Shown piece after piece: positions 21,776 through 30,748 of a stretch of 30,748 nucleotides of DNA. The notes under the pieces are model-generated. The model worked only from the letters and a program-made list of their open reading frames with translations, made no database searches and was not told the origin of the DNA. The DNA is from Octopus sinensis (lineage: Eukaryota), in the NCBI RefSeq assembly GCF_006345805.1, contig NW_021834026.1:1-30748 (forward strand), given 5' to 3'. A program made the position numbers and the translations under genes. Positions within the stretch are counted from its first letter, which is position 1, and the number at the start of each line of letters is the position of its first letter.

Positions 21776-22679
21776 GTTGCTTCTATGTATAATAAAACAT
21801 AATACTTTATGAAACCAAAAAATAAATGTGTTTTATAAAGTAAATAATTAGTTAGAAAACTATTTTCTGTTTTAAAACATGTTTTGTGATTTGTTTTATT
21901 ACTTCTTTGTTTGTTTGTTTTTTCTTTTACATGAAATAAAACGTCATGATTTGTTTAATAGAAAATATCAATGATTTAAAAAAAGCTCACTTTGACAATA
22001 AACTGCATTCTACTTTAAAGATTTGTATCTCATTTACAAACATTAGATCAACTTGTTACGTTACTTGGCAACCGTTCTATATTGCGTGGGCATTTTAAAT
22101 ATAAAATTCCGTTCAAATACCATCAGCTATTATTCAAACCCTTTACAAACCTAGAACTCAATGTATAACATTAGATTCATTGTCGAAAAAGAAAAAAAAT
22201 TTAACAACGAAACTTTCTAAAGTGATGGTTGAAATTCACACCAATACCTCCCTTGAATCAATTGTGATATCGCCTGTTTGAAGTTCTCCTTTGAAATTGG
22301 TGATATTGTTTTTAATCTCCATTTCATGCTTTGGAATCTACCGCTCAATTTATGTCCAGCTATCAAAACAAAAAGGAAATAAGAGAGGAACATGAGTTTC
22401 TGAAAAACAACATCAAAGTAGCTCACTGACAACCACGAGGTTATTTCTTCGATAAATTAAACCCACTGAGAAATATGACTTTTAGTCGTAGTATGCCATC
22501 AAAGACAAAGATATATCTTAGGGAAGATTTATATTAATCACAACAACAATAAATACCTCCTGAACGGAACAGAGACATTGTTTCCAAATAAACGATTGTT
22601 CTAACCTACAGCTTGGCACTTGCTAAAACCTGCATCAGGTCTTCAAATATAATTGGAAGCTGATTTCGGAAGTCGCTCC

Positions 22680-22698
22680 ATCTCTTTCTCTCTTTTCC

Positions 22699-22770
<72 letters not shown>
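22680..22770. repeat. (CT)n microsatellite
   Basis: Directly visible. Confidence 0.95.
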
Positions 22771-22773
<3 letters not shown>

Positions 22774-23133
22774 TCAGTGTATAGAGGGAAGGTGGGGAAT
22801 GGGATAATTTTAACTTGTGAATTCTGAATTTGGAGCTTCGAAATATAATCAATAAACACTTCGTCTACTTAGGAGATTGTTTAGAAATCTCACTCGGTAA
22901 ACTCAGAAGCGTAATTGTTTGTGTGTATATATGTGTGCGAGAAAGAGAGAGACAGAAGAAAAGAGAGAAGGGGGGAGCAATATCGTGCATGTGCCCACAC
23001 AGAAGCAGGTATATGCATAATATACATCTATATATTTTTATGTATGTGTGCACACATAATCATACATACAGATATACATACATACTTATATATATATATA
23101 TATGCGTGTGTACACACATGTATATAGATAGAT

Positions 23134-23177
<44 letters not shown>

Positions 23178-23200
23178 TATATATATATTATATATATATA

Positions 23201-23374
23201 GTTGTGTCTGGGAAGAGTCATTCTCTTTTCGTGCCTTATAATTTAACACACTGAAATGTTCATTGCGTCTTGCAACCTTTTCAGCGAAAATAAAAAAGAA
23301 ATAAGTGGAAATTTTACCGGTGAGTGTGTTAAATTATAACGCACCAAAAGAGAATTACTCTTCCCAGGCACAAC
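23201..23374. mobile_element. 174-bp MITE-like element with 52-bp terminal inverted repeats
   Basis: 23201-23252 versus the reverse complement of 23323-23374 match at 48/52 positions, with a 70-bp spacer. The left end abuts (TA)n; no clear TSD. Confidence 0.8.
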
Positions 23375-23541
23375 AGAATATGCTTCAACACACGAACTCA
23401 CATAATCTTGAAAACCAAATCCAAAAACGATATATATATATATATATATACTTATATTCATATAAATACCATCATACATATATATACGTGTGTGTCTGTG
23501 TCTGTGTGTACATATATATATCTATATATATTATATATGTA

Positions 23542-23593
23542 AAGTGTCTTTTTCTATAACCCCGGGCCACCACCTTGTGAGTGGATTTGGTAG
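23542..23593 (+). mobile_element. SINE family B, upstream fragment
   Basis: AAGTGTCTTTTTCTATAACCCCGGGCCACCACCTTGTGAGTGGATTTGGTAG corresponds to the reverse complement of 28586-28650 of another copy. Confidence 0.75.
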
Positions 23594-23628
23594 CCAAAGT
23601 CCGCCAGCTAAATGGCCATATATATAAA

Positions 23629-23682
23629 TGGCTGATGAGAAATCACGCGCCTAGGTGGAGCTAAATTTCGAAACCGGTACCA
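23629..23682 (+). ncRNA. Minimal type I hammerhead ribozyme with fully canonical core
   Basis: TGG-CTGATGA-GAAAT-(21 nt)-ATTTC-GAA-ACCGGT-A-CCA. Core C3-A9 at 23632-23638; stem II has 5 bp starting G10.1-C11.1; GAAA at 23670-23673; palindromic stem III; GUA cleavage triplet; stem I has only 3 contiguous bp. Confidence 0.75.
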
Positions 23683-23970
23683 GGTTGACCAGCATTTACT
23701 TGTTCTGACTCATTAGAAGTAACACATTATTATTGTTCACTGATAATTTTACCTATCTTGTCTGTAATAGATTTGTGACTATTGGGTGGTACAGAAGTAT
23801 TTTTTGACTTCTATCATTAGCGATATAGGTACCAGTGTAGTACCGTTGTGTATATATGTAGATATCTAATATTGTACGTATATATTTTACTAATTTACCT
23901 GTACGGCTGATAATTCGCGTACCACTTGTGATGGTATTTTGATAATACCATCCCTATATTTATTTATATA

Positions 23971-24046
<76 letters not shown>

Positions 24047-24049
24047 GTA

Positions 24050-24260
24050 AGTATGTATGTATGTTTGTCGCCCAACATTGCTTGACAGCCGATGGTGGTG
24101 TGTTTACGTCCCCGTAACTTAGTGGTTCGGCAAAATAGACCAATAGAATAAGTACTAGGCTTACAAAGAATAAGTCCTTGGGTTGATTTCTTCGACTAAA
24201 GGCGGTGCACCATCATGGCTGCAGTCAAATGACTGAAACAAGTAAACGAGTAAAGAGAGT
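24050..24260 (+). mobile_element. SINE family B, downstream half with CR1-type tail
   Basis: TTTGTCGCCCAACATTGCTTGACAGCCGATGGTGGTGTGTTTACGTCCCCGTAACTTAG...GGCGGTGCACCATCATGGCTGCAGTCAAATGACTGAAACAAGTAAAC; preceded by (TA)n(TATG)n. Confidence 0.9.
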
Positions 24261-24263
24261 ATA

Positions 24264-24410
24264 GGAGGTTTATGGCCTAGTGTTTAGGGGTATTGCGCTC
24301 AAGATCTTAAGAATGTGACTTCGATTTCTAGACGGAGTGATGTGTTATGTTCTTGAGCAAAGCACTTTATTTCACGTTGCTTCTAGTCTAATCTGCTGCA
24401 AATGTGTTCC
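24264..24410 (+). mobile_element. Old SINE family A copy
   Basis: A box TGGCCTAGTG, degenerate B box CTTCGATTTC, central TTCTTGAGCAAAGCACTTTATTTCACGTTGCTTC. Confidence 0.7.
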
Positions 24411-25529
24411 AATGATAACAGGCAAATTAACTTCGCGTTGGACCGGAGTCCAGTTCATTAGGTGTTGATATTGTAATTTCGGTATCTTACATGCTGTTGG
24501 AACTGGAATAAGCGGCAGACCTTATCAGTTCGAGTGTTCCTGGTGGACTTAGGTCCTGAGTTGATCTACAGTACACGCCATAAAACGTCGATCAGTATTA
24601 CTTCCAAGAAATTGTATCCCGTTTCTGCACAATAATTGATTAAAGAAAGCGGTTTTATCGGGAACAAAGCAAAAAATGTTTGAAACATGCAAAAAAATAA
24701 TAATGAAAATAAAAATAAAAATGAAAATTTGAAATAAAACAGAAACAAGGGAAAATAGTAGAAAAAAATATCGTAAACAAATAAACGCGTAAATAAACAA
24801 AAGTGCAAATGAACTTATTGAAAGATTGTTATTTTTCATAAAAAAATGTCATTGCGTCCACGTTATTAGCAAAATTTTTATGGATCGCTAATTTTCCTGA
24901 AATAAAGACAATTATCTTGAAACTTCAGATGGTTTCATAAATCGTAGGATGAAGAACGAAGAAAAAGAAAAGAAACAATAAACGATCAACAATAAACATA
25001 CATCAAACCTAAAACAGCAGCAACAACAACAACACAAACAACAAATGCAATAACAACAACAACAAGGAAGAAATTAACGCTTTTAAATTGGAACGGCTTC
25101 ATTAATCAATATGCGAATACGGTAGGTTTTGTAATTTGTGTTATAATAATAATTTTTGTATAATAATAATAATGGCGAGAAGAGAAAGAGACGAAAAACA
25201 GTTGACTTCAGATCTCCGTAAAGAAGTTAATACGCTTCATAAGAAAGAGGGGGAGGCGGGGATAGAAGGGGGGGGCGAGGTGATTGGGGAGAAGAGTGTG
25301 GGGGGGTGAGTCTGATGGTATAGAGTGTGTCTGTTGTAATGATTAAAATCCCCCCCCCCTCAGAACAGGAAGATAAAACAAAACAAAAAAGAACAATAGA
25401 AAAAGAAAACAGAGCTCAACGTTTAAAGAAGGAAATTGGGAAATACTTTGAATAAAGAATGCGCGCTTCCAAGCAGTAAATTGCATCAGCATGGCGTATG
25501 ACTGCACTGAAAATCACACAAAGTTACAC

Positions 25530-25613
25530 ACACATATATATATATGTGTGTGTGTGTGTGCGTACAGTAGACATACACATATTATATATACATATCTATA
25601 TATACTCGTATGA

Positions 25614-25667
<54 letters not shown>

Positions 25668-25769
25668 ATATATATGTGCGTGAGTGTAAAGTTATGTGCT
25701 TATGGGTAGATGTAAACTTAGTCACACTTACGTACTTATATACATACATATACACAGTCACATGTATAT

Positions 25770-25804
<35 letters not shown>

Positions 25805-25880
25805 CTCATATATATACATACACAGAAGTGTGTGTGTGTGTGTGTGTGTGTGCGTGCGTGTGCCTGTCTGAGTACGTGTG
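25530..25880. repeat. Compound (CA)n/(TA)n/(TG)n arrays
   Basis: Directly visible. Confidence 0.9.
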
Positions 25881-26089
25881 TGTGTAATTTAATTCACATG
25901 ATTTTCCACTGAAATTCAAAAGTTTTTTTCCTAAGGCTATCACAAGATTTTTCAATCAATATTCCATTGTCTGACTCAAGAATCCACAACCTCAACAAAA
26001 TGGCAGGGTGGTCATTGCTGGAGCGTCGCTAATTACAGGTCTACTGGATCAGAGATAGAATAAGACTAATAACCAACATATACTTCATT

Positions 26090-26506
26090 AAGGCGACAAA
26101 CCGAAACGTTATCTCGCCGGACAAAACACTTGGCTGAATTTTGTCCGTATCTACGTTCTCGGTTGAAATTCCGCCGAGGTTGACTTTGCCTTTCATTCTT
26201 TCGGAATAGCTATAACAAGTACCAGTTGAGCACTGGGGTCTGTTTAAGAAACTTGCTCCCTCCTCCGAAATTACTAGCCTCATGCTAATATTTGAAACCA
26301 GTATTATATAATTTAGTAAGGCTGCGAGCTGGTAGAATCGTAAGCGCACCGGACAAACCTTCTTAGCGGTAATTCATCCGTCTTAACGTTCAGAGTTCAA
26401 ATTCTGTCGATTTTGCCTTTCATAAATACCTACGAACTGAACACTGGTGTTTGATGTAATTGACTTACCCATACCCTAAAATTGCTGGCCTGGTGCCAAA
26501 TTTCGA
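26090..26506 (+). mobile_element. Two old tandem copies of SINE family C-related elements (~26090-26300 and ~26318-26506)
   Basis: Each has a decayed AAGGCGGCGAGCTGGCAGAA head, a GAGTTCAAATTC-like B box, GACTTTGCCTTTCAT and a tail like CCTAAAATTGCTGGCCTGGTGCCAAATTTCGA. Confidence 0.75.
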
Positions 26507-26544
26507 TATTTCGGTTTTGTAGTCATCGGCTAAAAGTATTTATG

Positions 26545-27425
26545 CTGCGTGCGGCAGAATGACCTGACACATTTGTAGGTTTAATCAAAGTAAAATGGAA
26601 AAAAGAACAAAAAATGTGTTTCTATTTTCGAAATGTACATATAATGCCATTTTGTGATGTTTTGTTTTAATTTGTTTTCAGTTGCCAGCTTTTACTGGAC
26701 GGGCGAGCAACGCGCTTTCGTTGCGGAAATGTTTATCAAGAACAACGAATCCGTAACTGCAACACGAACATCGTTCCGTGTGCACTTCAGGCATGGTAGA
26801 CACGATCCCGCACCTACTCGAAATTCTGCGGCAGCAGAATTCGGCATTTGGGGTCCGTACTTCTCCGAGGAAGACAAATGTTGCTGTGACTGTGAACTAT
26901 GATCGACATTGTGTGACTTTTCTGAAACCCATATGGAATGAGCTTGACGTTAGGGGCAATGTTAGGTGTCAACAGGCTGAGGCAACAGCCCACACTTCTC
27001 GACGCGCGATGAGGATTTTGAGGGAGACGTTTCCCGGTCATTTGGTCTCATTGCGCGGGGACATCGGTTGGCCCAATCGATCACCTGATTTGAACACATG
27101 CGATTTTTTTTTCGTGGGGGTACATGAAATCAGAGGTATTCACTCATCGCTCTCGATCTATTGAACAATTAAAAGATGCCATTCGTCAAAAAATTGCTGC
27201 GCTTCGACAAGAAATGACCCGTCAAACTATGGGCAACTTTCGTGAACGTCTTCGAGGGTGTGGTTGGACAATAACAGCACCCACGTGACTGATTTAATTC
27301 TTAAAACCAAAGGAAACAAAATTGCATTATATATACATTTCGAAAATGAAAACACATTTTTCGTTTTTTACTTTATTTTGATTTTTATTAAACCTACAAA
27401 TGTCAGATCATTTTACCGCACCCTA
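26545..27425 (+). mobile_element. Internally deleted Tc1/mariner element, DD41D (rosa/VS-like) family, ~110-bp TIRs
   Basis: N-terminal WTGEQRAFVAEMFIKNNESVTATR; GIWGPYF; QQ(A)EATAHT...FPGHLVSLRGDIGWPNRSPDLNTCDFF, with 41 residues between the second catalytic position (now Ala) and the third Asp. TIRs ~26545-26656 and ~27316-27425 share GTGCGG.A.AATGA.CTGAC..ATTTGTAGGTTTAAT...TTTTCGAAATGTA.ATATAATGC. TA lies at 27426. Confidence 0.9.
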
Positions 27426-28291
27426 TAGTATAAAGAATTAATTGATCTACTTCTCATCCACTCTGGTCATTCTAGGATCTGGGACCAATGTTACTCTCAA
27501 AAACAGCATTAGTAACAGACATGCCCCTCACCTCTGAGACCAATTTTTATGAGGACAGTTGCATCGCCTTCACCTTGCAATTCTCTTACTGTTCCTCATT
27601 TTTGCTTCGAATATTTCCCGCCATGAGAGTAGAATCTAGGTGTTTCTATGACTGTACCATCAAACTTATTGATCTCTTCTACTCCTCCTTAACGAGGTCC
27701 AGCTTCAGATCAAATGTAACCATCGGGCTTGTGGTTCGAATCGAGCCTTGCTCTTTTTACCGACGATAGTTTTAAAGTGCGGTATGTTGTGCTGATTCTT
27801 GTTATTGAAGTCGTTTGATTAGTTTTGGTTTTTTGTTTGCTTATTTGTTTGTTTTATATTCAAATTAATTTTTTTCGACCATTGTTCATTTCCTGTTTTC
27901 TGTTGTCAAACAAACGTTTTAAAGCTCGGGGCTACGTCTATGTATAGTTGATGCTGCATTCTCAAAGGTTTGTGTACTTTTAAACAAAACATTTTTTTAA
28001 AGTTTACAAATAATTCTGGAGCGAGTTTGTTTACATCCCGGAGGCCTCTTTATTTCTACCATTGTAGTTAACAATTTTTCCAGCTACTTCTGTCTAACCT
28101 GCTATATGTATAAATATTGCAAAGACCTACATACCAATGATATATAAGCAATACACCTTTTTAAAGACAAATATTTAGTATACCCCACATAATGCATGAA
28201 CCTGGAACAAAAGTAAAAATATCTTTTTTAAGGGGATCAAGATAAGAATTATCTTTACGCAGAACACAGCCCAACGCATCGGTTCATAAGT

Positions 28292-28667
28292 CTTTACTGT
28301 CTTTACTCTTTTACTTGTTTCGGCCATTTGACTGTGGCCATGCTGGAGCACCTCCTTTAGTCGAGCAAATCGACCGCCAGGACTTATTCTTTGTAAGCCT
28401 AGTACTTATACTATCGGTCTCTTTTGTCGAACCACTAAGTTACGGATACGTAAAGACACCAGCATCGGTTGTCAAGCAATGTTGGGGGGGGGGACAAACA
28501 CAGACACACAAACTTACACACACACAAACATACACACACACACATGCACACATATATATATACATATATGCGACGGACTTCTTTCAGTTTCTGTCTACCA
28601 AATCCACTCACTAGGCTTTGGTCAGCCCGAGGCTATAGTAGAAGACACTTTCCCAAGGTGCCACGCA
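28292..28667 (-). mobile_element. SINE family B, 5'-truncated
   Basis: Collinear with 16738-17145, including the internal (CA)n(TA)n and the tail GGAGGTGCTCCAGCATGGCCACAGTCAAATGGCCGAAAC. The tRNA head is missing. Confidence 0.9.
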
Positions 28668-29959
28668 TTCTTATTATAATAATGATTATTCGTTGGTATG
28701 TAACCATCATTAATAGACCATCGTTGAAATGATCTCATTCCATATGTATTGAGTCTTAGAAACGGAAAACAGAACTGGTTAAGTAAACGATGTTCCTACA
28801 AAAATTGATGTTGATATCCCCTTCCTTTGAGATTCTAATTTGAAAATCCCTTTGAGGGAAACAAACGGTGTCGTTAGGTTGTTTGATGCCGCATCTTCTG
28901 GTGTTAGTCAATCCGGGTTACCTTGCTCGTTTTCATTCACAACTTCCTCGTCCGGAATCTCTTGTTCCCTTTCAGTCACATAATTCACAAATATTCACAA
29001 AATAGACTTGAGAGAAAGAATTGGCTTCACGTTCATGTCCTACCGAAATATCCACGGCATCCACAATGGAGTTGTTGAGGAAAGGAGAATACTTTGACTT
29101 CAATCTCTTTGAGTATCCTACCCGTTAAATTTACTGTTCAAATCATTTTCTAGTTCAACGCCCCCTTGTTTTAGCCGAATCGTTGTCCGTGATATTCCTA
29201 ATTCCCATTAACCAATTCCTTCAAAACTATATATGGAACGCCTCTACGTTCAGCTTAGCACCAGATTTCCTTCAAATCAGGCAATATAATATATTTCGGG
29301 ATTCAATATTCCTGCAAAAAAAAAACTATAGGATTAATAACAAAATAGCTTGGATAATCTTGACACAAATTTACACGATTAGAATTTCTTGGGGGGGGGG
29401 GCAACAACAATAACAACTTATTTAAAACTGAGATTCCTTGCAGCAGCTGAAGACGATCGTAGAATATATCTGTCTCCGAAGACTATAGCATGTCTTCACT
29501 TATTCTCCATTGCTTTTCATAGTTTAAAACCAACATATCTATATACACAATCAGATTCTTTATATATTTCAAAAGCAGTTTGGGGTTTCTTTGGGAGTTT
29601 TTTTTCCCCCTTTTTCTCCAGTCAACACACGTCAAACATGTAACATAAGGTCTGCATGATAACTAATTCTACATTCTGTTTGCTTTGTGTTTTTTTATCT
29701 TTTTTGCAGAGACAAAATATTTTTCTTTATTTTTTTTTATTTCCTGCTGTCACAGGATTCCATTCAGTAGACATTTTACTGACACAAGCATTTGTTCCGA
29801 TTTGAGAATCAGACATTAGTTAACCTCGCAGTAACCAAAGGAAGTGTTTAGCATTCTGATACAGCTCGTTAATATTACGATGGCCAATGAAGCGATAAAT
29901 CGTGTAGTTTAAATGCAAGAATCACAGAACTTTAGGAAATTATACGCATGCAACACCCA

Positions 29960-30084
29960 CACACACATATATATATATATTATATTATATATATTATATA
30001 TTATATATATATATATATATATAATATAATATATTATATATATTATATATGTATGTATATATATATATAATATATATATATATG

Positions 30085-30115
<31 letters not shown>

Positions 30116-30152
30116 CATATAATAATATATAATATATATTATAATATATATT

Positions 30153-30195
<43 letters not shown>

Positions 30196-30415
30196 ACATA
30201 TAATAATATATTATAGATATATATATACACATACATATAATATATATATACATATAATATATATATTATAGATATATATACATACATATAATATATATAT
30301 ATACATATAATATATATTATAGATATATATACATACATATAATATATATATACATATAATATATATATTATAGATATATATACATACATATAATATATAT
30401 ATTATAGATATATAT
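29960..30415. repeat. (TA)n array ending in a ~51-bp higher-order tandem repeat
   Basis: The anchor TTATAGAT recurs at 30211, 30266, 30317, 30368 and 30402. Confidence 0.85.
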
Positions 30416-30748
30416 TTGAACTGTCTTCTAAGCAAATTCATGACGAGTTCCTTCATGCATAACGATATACGCCTGAGAAATTCGCAAGATCTTAACACAA
30501 ACCTGTCATACATTCATAGACACATATATTCATATAAAATTTTCCTCTCTTTTTCATGTCCATACGTTATTTTCCTTTCTCTCCTTCTCTCTCTCTCACT
30601 CTATCTCTATCTGTCTTACACACACATACACTCACTCTCTCTCTCTTTCTGTCTCTCCTCTCCGTATACTTCAAAATTTGAAGACAATATATGACTATGC
30701 TAAATATATAAGTTACTTGGTAAATATGCATAATCGTATGTATATGTA

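Noticed and set aside
26490-26530. CCGATGA...GAAA on the minus strand as another hammerhead
   Set aside because: The intervening bases cannot form stem II.
27500-27770. Minus-strand frame with faint similarity to a Tigger/CENP-B N-terminal HTH (VTFDLKLDLVK...DSTL)
   Set aside because: Many stops and too little identity to support without a profile search.
28800-29100. Minus-strand acidic stretch VTEREQEIPDEEVVNENEQG as an exon
   Set aside because: In-frame stops on both sides, no good acceptor and no recognisable family.

Overview
Eukaryotic, AT-rich, microsatellite-saturated DNA with no host protein-coding gene that I can support; it reads as intergenic or deep-intronic. The SINE types and the (TA)n/(GA)n/(GATA)n load suggest an octopus or other coleoid cephalopod (inference, not verified). 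Recognisable content is almost all decayed mobile DNA. Retroelements: three 5'-truncated CR1-clade LINE copies, an RTE-type RT scrap, a Neptune-type Penelope-like element (RT thumb plus GIY-YIG) and three tRNA-derived SINE families in multiple copies. DNA elements: a non-autonomous Helitron, a mariner, a DD41D Tc1/mariner element with long TIRs, a Tigger-like MITE, a 174-bp MITE and hAT-like transposase relics. The most interesting unannotated signal is a set of minimal type I hammerhead ribozyme motifs with palindromic stem III. One has a fully canonical core (23629-23682) and sits in a ~370-bp insert that splits a SINE. One lies downstream of the Penelope ORF (13743-13787, U4C). Two dead copies face away from each other in a ~400-bp foldback (9905-10305), and an orphan 3' half follows the mariner stop codon. 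The CR1 LINEs and one SINE family share a 3' motif whose stem-loop shows compensatory changes. Most ORFs in the supplied track are translations of microsatellites. All alignments and structures were made by eye; no searches were run.
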